From: a virus
Lineage: Duplodnaviria > Caudoviricetes
DNA length: 64,000 nt
Reading direction: 5' to 3' (one strand)
IMG/VR virus record: IMGVR_UViG_2687453119_000006
Location: 1-64,000 of that record
The position numbers and the translations under genes are program-made. The notes under the pieces are model-generated. The model had not been told where the DNA came from. It made no database searches and was given only the letters and a program-made list of their open reading frames with translations. This document shows positions 18,390 through 26,988 of this stretch, piece after piece. Numbering within the stretch: the stretch's first letter is position 1; each line of letters starts with the position of its first letter.

Positions 18390-18594
18390 TCTCAGCTCCA
18401 ACCCATCCGCAGTTCTTGCAATTCCAGCAGACGCCACTGGCGTCGATCAGCACGCTTAGACATTTGAGCTTCTTGTGCGCTCCTTTCCGTTTGTGTGAGC
18501 ATTGCGGGCAGCGGGCGTACTGGTTGCCGAACTTGACCGATGGAACCTCGATGCCCTCTTCCTTGAGGACCTTCGCGACATCGACTCCGGCCAT
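18274..18594 (-). CDS. Stand-alone primase Zn-ribbon protein
   Basis: CPQCS..RK...CLSV...WNCKNCGWVG; TGATG-coupled to rep. Confidence 0.75.
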   Translation of the reverse strand: MAGVDVAKVLKEEGIEVPSVKFGNQYARCPQCSHKRKGAHKKLKCLSVLIDASGVCWNCKNCGWVGAENAERKTRSGDRGPRPERREGGGYGALQRASLARWVNRS

Positions 18595-19373
18595 CAGATC
18601 GCCACCCTTCGCTTCGGCTTCGCGACGCCGTCCTTCTTCTGGACCGGCGTGTCTTCCCATCGCTCCTGGTTGAGCCAGGTGATCGGCCAGCACCAGTCGC
18701 GGAAGTCGTCCTTGTTCACGTAGAGCCGGAGGCCATCCATGATCGTCTCGAAGGCAACGAGGCCTTCGTCGGCGATCTTCTGGAATTTCTTCCGGGCCGG
18801 ACCTTTGCCGTCCTTCCGGGGGAAGAGCTTCCAAAACTGGTCGAACGCATCAGCCGGAAATTCAGGAACGCGGCGACGCTTCGGAGCGCGCTGTGGTTCT
18901 TGTGACGGTTCAGGTGACGGTTCTAGTATACGGTTCAAGTTGTCGTCGTCGCCGACAACCTCTGTCGGGCTCGCCGACATACCCTGTCGGTCTGGCCGAC
19001 TCCCCTTGTCGTTGTCGTTGACATGGCGTGTCGGCCTATTTGACACGCGGCCATCGTCGTTATCCGCCGTGTCGTCGAATTTGACACGGCCAAACTCGGC
19101 GGGGATCATCAGGCGGTAGATGGACGAGCGGAAGGCGCCAGTGTTGTGCGTACGGCGCGTCATCTCGATCAGGCCCAGCTCCTGCAGCCGGCCGAGCGCT
19201 TCGTTCACCGTCTGGCGGGTGAGCTTTGTCTTCTTGGCGATCGTCGCTTGCCGGGGATAGGTCTCGTCATCCTCGCCGGCATAGTTCGCCAGCGTAATGA
19301 GGACGAACTTCAGGGTGGTATTAAGCTCCTCGACGTCGCAGTCGAAGGCCCAGGTCAGTGCTCTGAGGCTCAT
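18594..19373 (-). CDS. Phage replication initiator (wHTH, lambda O-like organisation)
   Basis: KFVLITLANYA..YPRQATIA HTH; central iterons; C-terminal FDQFWKLFPRK..TWLNQERWED. Confidence 0.85.
   Translation of the reverse strand: MSLRALTWAFDCDVEELNTTLKFVLITLANYAGEDDETYPRQATIAKKTKLTRQTVNEALGRLQELGLIEMTRRTHNTGAFRSSIYRLMIPAEFGRVKFDDTADNDDGRVSNRPTRHVNDNDKGSRPDRQGMSASPTEVVGDDDNLNRILEPSPEPSQEPQRAPKRRRVPEFPADAFDQFWKLFPRKDGKGPARKKFQKIADEGLVAFETIMDGLRLYVNKDDFRDWCWPITWLNQERWEDTPVQKKDGVAKPKRRVAI
18896..19086. repeat. Iteron array (phage ori) inside rep
   Basis: 17-bp TGTCG-N7-YGACA units at 18941, 18963, 18985, 19007, 19029 (22-bp period) and 19070; adjacent GAACC repeats. Confidence 0.8.
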
Positions 19374-19483
19374 GGGTGCGTCCAGTGGGTGGGGTTGACC
19401 CCAAATTCGGGGCGGGTTATTAGCTTGAATTCAAACAAACGGCAAGTGGCTGCTCGCAGATTTCTTCGACACAAGGGGTTCAG

Positions 19484-20092
19484 GTGGGTTCCATCCTCGT
19501 TGCCGGTCTCGATCCGGCGTTGGCAAACTTCGGTATCGCCAGGATGCGGCTGGATCTTGAGACCCTCGCGTTGACGCTGGACAGCATCACGACCATCTCC
19601 ACCGAGAAGCTCGCCGGCAAGAACAAGGTCGTCCGCCAGAACAGCGACGACCTCCGCCGCGCCCAGGAGCTGCGGGAGGGCATGGTGAGAGGCGTGCAGG
19701 ACTGCACCATTGCATTCGCCGAGATCCCGTCAGGCGCTCAGCACGCGCGATCTGCGCTGGGTTTCGGCATCGCCATCGGCGTGCTCGCCGGCTGCCCGGT
19801 CGAGATCATCCAGGTGATGCCGCTCGAAACCAAGATGGCCAGCGTCGGGATCAAGACGGCCGGCAAGCCGGAGATCATCCGGTGGGCCGCGGACCTCTAT
19901 CCGGAGGCCGGCTGGCAGACCTATGAAAAGGATGTGAAACACAAGGGCAAGTTGACCAGGCGGGCAGGGGATTTGCACGACGACAATGAGCACGCCGCGG
20001 ACGCTTGCGCTATCATCCACGCTGGCATTCGGACGCCGGAATTCAAGCAGCTGTTAGCTTTACTGCGCGCGACTGGGGTTAAATCGAGTTAA
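19484..20092 (+). CDS. RuvC-like Holliday junction resolvase
   Basis: GLDPALANFG, FAEIP, K..K, EHAADA. Confidence 0.82.
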   Translation: MGSILVAGLDPALANFGIARMRLDLETLALTLDSITTISTEKLAGKNKVVRQNSDDLRRAQELREGMVRGVQDCTIAFAEIPSGAQHARSALGFGIAIGVLAGCPVEIIQVMPLETKMASVGIKTAGKPEIIRWAADLYPEAGWQTYEKDVKHKGKLTRRAGDLHDDNEHAADACAIIHAGIRTPEFKQLLALLRATGVKSS

Positions 20093-20358
20093 TCTTCCAG
20101 CCGGTCAAGCCTTACAAGTTATTGATTGTTAAAGTTTTTTCTCGCCGGGCGTTTGGGTTTTAACGAATCCAGAACAAAAAATCGTTTGCAACCAGGCGAA
20201 ACCTATCGTAAGGGGTGGCGTTAGCATCCGCGCAAACGGATTGGAAGCGCCGCCTATGAGAAATCAACTTTTCACCGAGAGAATTTTCTAGTCCCCGTAC
20301 GAACACGGGAAGACATCAAAGTTTTGACCGAAAGATACATGCTATGGAGGTTGCACTC

Positions 20359-21075
20359 ATGGCGCAAACGGCAGAGAAAATGAAAACCCCGAAGGATATC
20401 GTGGTCGAGTGGATCGATCACATCCTCGATCGCAAAAAGTGGACTGGAACTGATCTGGCGCGAAACTCGAACCTTGCGCCATCGACAATTCTCCGAATGC
20501 TCAACGACCCTGAGCATCAGTTCGTACCCTCCCTCAAGACCCTCCAGAAAATCGCTGAAGGGTCTGGATATCCGATCCCCCGGAAAGTCCTGGACGCTCT
20601 TGGAGCACAGAAGGTCGAGCGTTCGGCTGCCTCTGAGGCTGAGGAAGCCAGCCTCGAAGGTCGGCGCCCCGCGCGCGCCGCGGCTCGAGTTTCGACCGTG
20701 GAGCTTCGCCATGTGTCGTCGCTGCCGGCCGCCCTGCAGTCGGCTGCGAGCCCGCGACGTGAGGCCTATGTGCCGGCGCCGCCCCAGCTCGAAGGGGATG
20801 AGACGGCCTTCGCTTTCCACATGCCGGACAATACGTTCGACCCGTGGCTGAAGTCTGGGAGCCTGATGTTCGCAACGAAGCGACGGGATCCTGTTGCCGG
20901 CGACACGCTGCTGATCACCGGCAAGGACGGCAAGAGCCGTGTCCGTCTTCTTGTCGATATTGATGAGACGGGGCTGAAGCTTTCGAAGTCGATCCCGGTG
21001 ACCGACGAAGAGCTGATGTCGTTCGAAGACATTACCGAACTCGCGATCGTCACGGTGTTCGTGAAGTCGGTTTGA
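20359..21075 (+). CDS. CI-like repressor (XRE HTH plus degenerate S24 domain)
   Basis: TDLARNSNLAPSTILR..PSLKTLQKIA; C-terminal S24-like fold; SD GGAGG. Confidence 0.8.
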   Translation: MAQTAEKMKTPKDIVVEWIDHILDRKKWTGTDLARNSNLAPSTILRMLNDPEHQFVPSLKTLQKIAEGSGYPIPRKVLDALGAQKVERSAASEAEEASLEGRRPARAAARVSTVELRHVSSLPAALQSAASPRREAYVPAPPQLEGDETAFAFHMPDNTFDPWLKSGSLMFATKRRDPVAGDTLLITGKDGKSRVRLLVDIDETGLKLSKSIPVTDEELMSFEDITELAIVTVFVKSV

Positions 21076-21088
21076 GAGTAGGGTCGCC

Positions 21089-21481
21089 TTAGTAGGCGAC
21101 CCTCATATCGAATGTGTCCTGCACTCGTACCACCATAGACCTGATGAAGGTGATGGATGACGTCATGCGCTCGACGTCGAAGTCCTTTTGCAGCTGCTCC
21201 ATCTTCGCCAGCCAGGCCTTGTCGGCCGCCACCTTGGTCTGATCGACCTTGGAGTCCCAGGCTGCGCGCTCCAGCTCCAGCTTGAGCTTGGCAATCTCGA
21301 ACGTCAGGTAGTCCTGGAACTCCCGCAGCGGGATTGACACGTCCTGGACTGCAGGCTCGATCACAGCCAGCCCCTTGCAGATCTCTTCGATGATCTGCGG
21401 GAGCCGGCTTTTGAACTTGGCATTGATCGAGGGCGGTGGGGTAGGCGGAGGCGACGCGGTCTTCTGCGCTGTCTTACTCAT
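21089..21481 (-). CDS. Hypothetical protein
   Basis: SD GGGGAG; coupled to HTH gene. Confidence 0.6.
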   Translation of the reverse strand: MSKTAQKTASPPPTPPPSINAKFKSRLPQIIEEICKGLAVIEPAVQDVSIPLREFQDYLTFEIAKLKLELERAAWDSKVDQTKVAADKAWLAKMEQLQKDFDVERMTSSITFIRSMVVRVQDTFDMRVAY

Positions 21482-21773
21482 TAAACTCCCCTTCTTTGGG
21501 TTTTCCTGTCGCCCGTTCGTCCGCCAGCTTGTAGTCCGATTTGGACAGCTTCACCGGCTTGAGTCCGCGATCGATCGCTGAGAAGGCGAGGGCCGTTGCT
21601 TTGGTGACGCCCACCACCTCGTAGCGGGCGACCGCCTGTGGAGTGAGCCCGAGCCATTTGCCCAGCTCGGGCTGCGTCAGGTTCCGGGACAATCTCCACA
21701 CCCGGACCTCCCTTCCAGTCAGAAACTTATCCGACGCCTTCCTACTGCGAAGCGACATTCCCAACCTCATCAA
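21474..21773 (-). CDS. XRE-family HTH protein
   Basis: WRLSRNLTQPELGKWLGLTPQAVARYE. Confidence 0.75.
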   Translation of the reverse strand: MMRLGMSLRSRKASDKFLTGREVRVWRLSRNLTQPELGKWLGLTPQAVARYEVVGVTKATALAFSAIDRGLKPVKLSKSDYKLADERATGKPKEGEFNE

Positions 21774-21835
21774 GTTAGCGTTTGCGCTCGCACGAATCGT
21801 AACGGACCCAGATGGCTGGGCACGGCAGCATAGGA

Positions 21836-22141
21836 CTATGCCTGGCTGACGATTTCGGTTTCAAATTTCGGTATCGGGCGCGCGTTTACCCCGCACGCCG
21901 GACACCACCTTCGGGCGCTCCCGCGGTTCTTCAGCTTTCTCTCGAAATTTCTGTCGGCTCCGGGAAAGAAGTGGGCGACCTGGACTGCGCAGCCCGAAGA
22001 CACCGCCGCTTTGATAAGCGGCGATCCTCTGCCCGCCAGGTGACGTTCCAACCTCCGTTGAGGATCGGTTTCTTCACAGAATCCGATGTAGTGCCCAGCA
22101 TGTTGATAGCCGGGCTCAATATGCAAGAGATAGACGCTCAT
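21836..22141 (-). CDS. GIY-YIG nuclease-like protein
   Basis: VYLLH..HYIG..RRLERH..G.G..ERKLK, CPAC. Confidence 0.75.
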   Translation of the reverse strand: MSVYLLHIEPGYQHAGHYIGFCEETDPQRRLERHLAGRGSPLIKAAVSSGCAVQVAHFFPGADRNFERKLKNRGSARRWCPACGVNARPIPKFETEIVSQA

Positions 22142-22163
22142 TTGAATTCGTGCAACCCCGTTG

Positions 22164-22349
22164 TCAAGACGCCTTTGATGACGCCGTTTTGATTGGAATG
22201 ATGCGCGCGAGGTGTTTAGCTCGCCACTCGGCCGCCAGAATTAGGACCGCCTTGGGTCGCTCTGTCGGCTCTCCGACCGGATGCCACTTCGGCCCGGGTG
22301 ACTTGAACGCGATCACCTGCACGAGGGCCGCTGCTGCTTTCTTCTTCAC
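22164..22349 (-). CDS. Hypothetical protein
   Basis: SD AAGGAG, GTG start. Confidence 0.5.
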   Translation of the reverse strand: MKKKAAAALVQVIAFKSPGPKWHPVGEPTERPKAVLILAAEWRAKHLARIIPIKTASSKAS

Positions 22350-22630
22350 GATGACTCCTTGGTTGATTTCGCGGCGAGGAATTTGGTGATGTCGCCGTCC
22401 AGCTCGTCGAACGCATTGACGATGCAGCTCTCGTTTGTCGCATCGACAGGGATCACGACCGTGAAGACGATGCCCTGGTCGTTGTCGTAGCGATCGATGC
22501 TGTCGATGATGCCGGAAGCTCCCGCCGGCACCGTGTGTTCGACGTCCTCGTGATCGGCGCCCTTGGTCTCGATCAGGACGGTCACCGGTTGGCCGACCTT
22601 GAACCCGGAGGCTTCAGCGAGCCTTTGCAT
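22346..22630 (-). CDS. Hypothetical phage protein
   Basis: SD AGGAG; coupled. Confidence 0.6.
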   Translation of the reverse strand: MQRLAEASGFKVGQPVTVLIETKGADHEDVEHTVPAGASGIIDSIDRYDNDQGIVFTVVIPVDATNESCIVNAFDELDGDITKFLAAKSTKESS

Positions 22631-22946
22631 AGAGCTGCTCCTGATACTCGTCGGAGAGCTTGTCAGCGCCCGTCATGATGGGTTCGAGGCTGGTGCTGTA
22701 GTCGGCGACCACGTCCCATCCCGTGTTGCCGTAGACGAACCAGACCGATCCCTTACGCCTGTCTCCCTCGTGGAAGATCAGCATGTCGCTGTCGGTCGAG
22801 AACATCGCAGCGATGATCGCTTCCGGATCGATGCTGCGTTTGAGGACGGTTTCCTCGCCGTCGTACACGTCGATCGTGTAGCCGGCAGCGATGCCGTCAT
22901 CGATAATCTGGCGCGCGATCTTGCGCTCCATCTCGTTCGTTTCCAT
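22614..22946 (-). CDS. Hypothetical phage protein
   Basis: V.DGEE...FVYGN.GWDVVADY motif; SD GGAG. Confidence 0.7.
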   Translation of the reverse strand: METNEMERKIARQIIDDGIAAGYTIDVYDGEETVLKRSIDPEAIIAAMFSTDSDMLIFHEGDRRKGSVWFVYGNTGWDVVADYSTSLEPIMTGADKLSDEYQEQLYAKAR

Positions 22947-22961
22947 TGTGATGCTCCGTTG

Positions 22962-23159
22962 TCAGGCGAAGTCGAGTTCGCCGTAGCCGTCTTCGTTGTT
23001 GGGGTTCTTCCGCCGGTATTCCCCGCGATGGCGGGAAGCGACTCTTCCCGCGCCGCGGTTGACGCGAAATGTCTCGTCGGCCTCGAAGTTATCGAACTCG
23101 TCTTCGAGGACAGAGACGTTCTGCCAGGAGTTGTCGCGCAGGTTCCTGGGAGCCATCAC
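22962..23159 (-). CDS. Small charged protein
   Basis: SD GGGAGAG; coupled. Confidence 0.6.
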   Translation of the reverse strand: MMAPRNLRDNSWQNVSVLEDEFDNFEADETFRVNRGAGRVASRHRGEYRRKNPNNEDGYGELDFA

Positions 23160-23914
23160 GCGCTCTCCCTTGAGCGCTCGAAGTTGCGCCGGCCGGGGCC
23201 GTGAGCTTCGATGGTGATGTCAGCCTTCGCCTTGGCGCGGTGACCGCCGCACAGCATGCACTGCGCGCACTGCACGGCCTTACCCATCTCGGCTGATGCC
23301 GGGCAGTGACCTTCGCCTTCCAGCTTCGGCTCGTTCTGACCGCGAACCCGATAGGTCCGGAAGCCGAGAGCCTTGGCCAGAACGCGATCGACCTCGCTGT
23401 CGCAGGAGGCCATGCAGAACTCCGCCAGAGCGGGGTACTCGCGCCAGAGGTGGGTGTAGCCATTGAGGGCTGAGACCTGGCTCAGCGCCACCTTCCAGAC
23501 GTTTATCGGGACGGCGCCCGGATCACCGTAGGTGCCGACCCGGACCACCTTGCGGGCGAGCAGCTTGCGCGCCTTGGGAAGCGGGATCTCCTGATAGATG
23601 CCGCGGGTGAAGGCGTCATAGACCACGCGCGGCCCTTGGAAGAGCACCACGTAGCAGGACCGCCCCACGTTCTTGCGGTTGCCCGTCAATGGGTCGAGGA
23701 TGATCTTGCCGCGGTGTCGGCAGCCGCCGCAGATCGACACGTCAGAGCCGTTCTGAACGGCCTGGAGCGGGTTCTGATCGGCGCGCATGATGTAGATCTG
23801 CACCATCGCGCCGGTCTTCGAGTTGGAACCTCCGTCATCGAGTCCGGTCGCAATGACGACGATCTCCTTGCCGTCGATCATGGACGGGCCGCGGTACAGA
23901 ATAAAACCGTTCAC
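23156..23914 (-). CDS. Cys-rich phage protein (gp88-like, possible Fe-S)
   Basis: NSKTG, ICGGC, CYV, R.GTYGDP, GYTH.W, CPA..CAQCMLC. Confidence 0.7.
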   Translation of the reverse strand: MNGFILYRGPSMIDGKEIVVIATGLDDGGSNSKTGAMVQIYIMRADQNPLQAVQNGSDVSICGGCRHRGKIILDPLTGNRKNVGRSCYVVLFQGPRVVYDAFTRGIYQEIPLPKARKLLARKVVRVGTYGDPGAVPINVWKVALSQVSALNGYTHLWREYPALAEFCMASCDSEVDRVLAKALGFRTYRVRGQNEPKLEGEGHCPASAEMGKAVQCAQCMLCGGHRAKAKADITIEAHGPGRRNFERSRESA

Positions 23915-23931
23915 AGGTCTCTCCTTTGAAT

Positions 23932-24291
23932 TCATGCAAACAGCTCGACATGGTTAGGCTCAGTCAGCGCGAGCTGGCGCTGGGCGTAGGCGAGCTGGGC
24001 AGTGAGGATGCCGATCTGCTTTCGCTTCCTGGCCTTGAAGGATTCGAGAGCCTGCTCTTCCGTCTCGCAGGCCCACTTTTTCGTGGCGGTCAGCAGCACG
24101 AACTTGCCGCAGACCCAGGCGCCCTTCGGAGTGCGGTGATCGACAAGCCACCACGTCATCTCAAGGCGGGGAGGCGTCACGCCATATCGGTCGGCATCGG
24201 GATCGATGATCACCGAGTAGCGCTTCGCCTCGCAGCGCCAGAGGACGTCTTTACCCTCTGGCGCTGGACCGAACGGATAGTGCAGCTTCAC
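23932..24291 (-). CDS. Hypothetical phage protein
   Basis: TPKGAWV..K+WA..T.E.AL.SF motif; GTG coupled. Confidence 0.7.
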   Translation of the reverse strand: MKLHYPFGPAPEGKDVLWRCEAKRYSVIIDPDADRYGVTPPRLEMTWWLVDHRTPKGAWVCGKFVLLTATKKWACETEEQALESFKARKRKQIGILTAQLAYAQRQLALTEPNHVELFA

Positions 24292-25859
24292 GCTGCTTTC
24301 TCCGCCGGCTGCTTGTTGTTGTCGTTCACCGGCTGCACCTTCGGGAGCGGCGGGAAGAGATCGATCAGCTCGCTCATGGCACGGGTCGCGGCCACGTATT
24401 GCAGATTGATCTCCTGTTCTTTCTCCCAAGGCATGGTCGCGTACTTCGACGGGCAGGTGTTGAACCGGTCGAGCCAGAACACGCGCTTCCATTCGCGGCC
24501 CTTCGATCGATGGATCGTCGAGAGCGTCAGGATGCCCTGCACGTTGTCGGAGAAGATGTTGTCGATGTAGCTGACGACCGCCTGGATGTCGTTCCGCTTG
24601 TCCTCGCGGCACGCATCCATGATTACCTTTAGCGTCTCGAACTTGTCCTCGGCCTCCTGAACCTTGGCCATCTTCTTCTTCGGCAGCCAGCGCTCCTTTT
24701 CCTTCTCCAGCCAGTCCTCCAGCTTGTCCTCCAGCGCCGGGATCGTCTTGATCGACTTCCAGCGGGTGGCCAGCTTCTTGAGGGCTTCGCCGATGTCCCG
24801 GCCTTCGATGCGACACGGGATCTTCTCGCGGATCAGGGCGAACGCAGCCGTGACCAGCGGGCGGGTGTTGCGGCACAGGATCGCCGCGTCACCGTTGAGC
24901 CGATCGCGCGTCTGGATCATCTGCTCGAAAGTCTCGAGCGAGATGGTGCCTTCGGGCGAGGAGGGGTGTGCCTGGATGTGGCTCACCCAGGTCTGGGCGA
25001 ACTTCACCACCGTCTTCGGGCAGCGGTAGGTCACCGTCAGCGGCATCTCCTTGCAGGCGAACTCCTGCTTGATGATGTCGAGGCTGTCGTTGTCGGCGCC
25101 CGTGAAGCCGAAGATGGCCTGGTGGGGATCGCCGACAGCCATCAGCCGGCCGTTGGGCTTCATCAGCGCTCGCGCCAGCAGCCGGCGGACCGTGTTGGTG
25201 TCCTGCGCCTCGTCGATCACGACGTTGTCGTACTGCCAGAACCTGATCTGGTAGAGCAGGGGCAGGTAGATCATGTCGTTGAAGTCGACGACGTCGGTGT
25301 TCTGGTTGGACTCCTTCAGCACCTCGATCGCCATCTCGATGAGGTCGTCGGCCTTCTTCTGGGTGGCCTCTTCGTCGAACAGGTCGAAGTGCTCGGCGAT
25401 GTCCTCCCAGATCGAGGTGTCATCGATGTGACCCTGACCGGGGATGCCGAGGCCGCTCTGCTTGGCGAGGCCGACGAGCTGGCAGATGATCGCGACGTGA
25501 GGCGACAGCGTCGCATCGATCCTGTTGCAATCGACCCACGAGGCGGTGATGCGGGCGACCTTCTCCTCGTCGACGCGGACGTTCGGGTAGGTCTTGCGGT
25601 AGTTGCGCAGGCCCATGGCGTGACAGGTCGAGGCTTCCGCTTTCTTCCAGTCGATGCCCATCTTCTTGAGCTTACCCTTGATCTCCTCGGCGATCTTCTT
25701 GCCGAAGGCGAGGATGACAGTGGAGCCGCGCATCTTGCCGACTGCCTGGAGGATGGTGGTGGTCTTGCCGGCGCCGGCCACGGCGATCAGGACGATCGAG
25801 CTGACGCCGGTCATCGCCTCGTCGATGAAGGCCGCCTGCTGCGGGGAAGGAACGAACAT
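24288..25859 (-). CDS. UvrD/Rep superfamily-1 helicase
   Basis: AVAGAGKTT, DEAQD, VGDPHQAIFGF, TYRCP, STIHRSKGRE, YVAATRA. Confidence 0.92.
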   Translation of the reverse strand: MFVPSPQQAAFIDEAMTGVSSIVLIAVAGAGKTTTILQAVGKMRGSTVILAFGKKIAEEIKGKLKKMGIDWKKAEASTCHAMGLRNYRKTYPNVRVDEEKVARITASWVDCNRIDATLSPHVAIICQLVGLAKQSGLGIPGQGHIDDTSIWEDIAEHFDLFDEEATQKKADDLIEMAIEVLKESNQNTDVVDFNDMIYLPLLYQIRFWQYDNVVIDEAQDTNTVRRLLARALMKPNGRLMAVGDPHQAIFGFTGADNDSLDIIKQEFACKEMPLTVTYRCPKTVVKFAQTWVSHIQAHPSSPEGTISLETFEQMIQTRDRLNGDAAILCRNTRPLVTAAFALIREKIPCRIEGRDIGEALKKLATRWKSIKTIPALEDKLEDWLEKEKERWLPKKKMAKVQEAEDKFETLKVIMDACREDKRNDIQAVVSYIDNIFSDNVQGILTLSTIHRSKGREWKRVFWLDRFNTCPSKYATMPWEKEQEINLQYVAATRAMSELIDLFPPLPKVQPVNDNNKQPAEKAA

Positions 25860-25943
25860 GGTGGATCTCTCGGTCATGGGTTGGCGTGAGACAGTTAGCA
25901 AGCTTTTGCATTCAAGCAAACGGATATTTGCAAAAAATGCAAA

Positions 25944-26306
25944 TTAGGCGGCGGTCGCCAGTTCCTGGTTCCGCAGCATCTTCAGCGCAGCGACGATCCG
26001 CTGGGCGTTGGCGTCGCTCCTGGGCTGCGCGATGACCTTGCGGTCCTCGAACACGATCCAGCAGTTGTCGTAGATGTCCTCGATCGCGAACACGTCGCCG
26101 TTCTCGATGAAGAACACCGTCTTGACCCGCTCGGTCAGGTGGTGGGTCTGGACCATCGAGTAGCAGTGCTCGTCGATGAATCCCTTGTCCTTCAGGTTAT
26201 TCAGCGAAGTGACGTGGCCCTCCCGGAGATACAGGGTTTGGGTGACGGGCATTGCCAGGACGCGCGCAACGATGCGCTCCTGCAGTTTTGTCAGAGTCTT
26301 CGGCAT
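25944..26306 (-). CDS. Hypothetical phage protein
   Basis: SD AAGGA; GC3-rich. Confidence 0.6.
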   Translation of the reverse strand: MPKTLTKLQERIVARVLAMPVTQTLYLREGHVTSLNNLKDKGFIDEHCYSMVQTHHLTERVKTVFFIENGDVFAIEDIYDNCWIVFEDRKVIAQPRSDANAQRIVAALKMLRNQELATAA

Positions 26307-26497
26307 TTCGTTGGTCCTTCTGTTTGGCCACCCGCCAGGGCAGCTGGGCCGCGATGTCGCGCAGCTCCTGTCGAATGGATTGGGCTGTGCAGATGATCGG
26401 CATCGGCTTGCGGTGCTTCCATCCGTCCAGCCGCCAGGCCAGACGGCAGCCCTCGCACTGCCGTTCCGCTTCTGCGATGAGGGGGTCGACCCGGGGA

Positions 26498-26974
26498 TCA
26501 CGCGGCATCGCGCATGATCTCCTTGATCGAGGTGTTCGCGACGTAGCCGAAGTAGCCTTCGCCTTGCTCGTCCTCGACCATGACCCGCTTGTTGATGTCG
26601 GTGTCGTCGAGGTCGCCGACGATGTAGATGCCGTCCGGCGCGTCGTCGTCGCCCTGGACCCGGACCTTGTCGCCAGTGTTGACGATAAGGACCTTGAGGC
26701 TGTCGGGCTGGCTGACAGCCTTCTTTCGCCATGCCACTGACAGCTCCTGACCGTCGAGGGTCAGGGTCTTGTCAGTCAGAACAGCACGACCCGCGGTCGC
26801 CGCCTCCACGGCAACCCGGACGTCCGTCATCTGCACGACCGTATCGATGTCGTCAGACCCGGATGCCAGGATTGCCTTCACGTCGTGGAACTTCGGGTGA
26901 TCCTCCGCCAAGGTCCATGCACGGCCCTTAGCAAAGAACATGATCGAAGTATCGGTGATGACCGCGGGGATCAT
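26498..26974 (-). CDS. rIIB-like protein (N-terminal part only)
   Basis: Directly after rIIA; MIP..IT..SI....DHPKF pattern. Confidence 0.55.
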   Translation of the reverse strand: MIPAVITDTSIMFFAKGRAWTLAEDHPKFHDVKAILASGSDDIDTVVQMTDVRVAVEAATAGRAVLTDKTLTLDGQELSVAWRKKAVSQPDSLKVLIVNTGDKVRVQGDDDAPDGIYIVGDLDDTDINKRVMVEDEQGEGYFGYVANTSIKEIMRDAA

Positions 26975-26988
26975 AGTGTGCTCCGTTC

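Noticed and set aside
18941-19086. Regular 22-bp repeats as a CRISPR array
   Set aside because: Spacers are only 5 nt, the array lies inside rep and there are no cas genes; it fits iterons.
20079-20092. TTAA-N6-TTAA as a CtrA box upstream of the repressor
   Set aside because: The spacer is 6 nt, not the canonical 7.
20161-20175. TAAC-N7-GAAC as a LexA box upstream of the repressor
   Set aside because: A single mismatched copy in AT-rich DNA; too weak to call.
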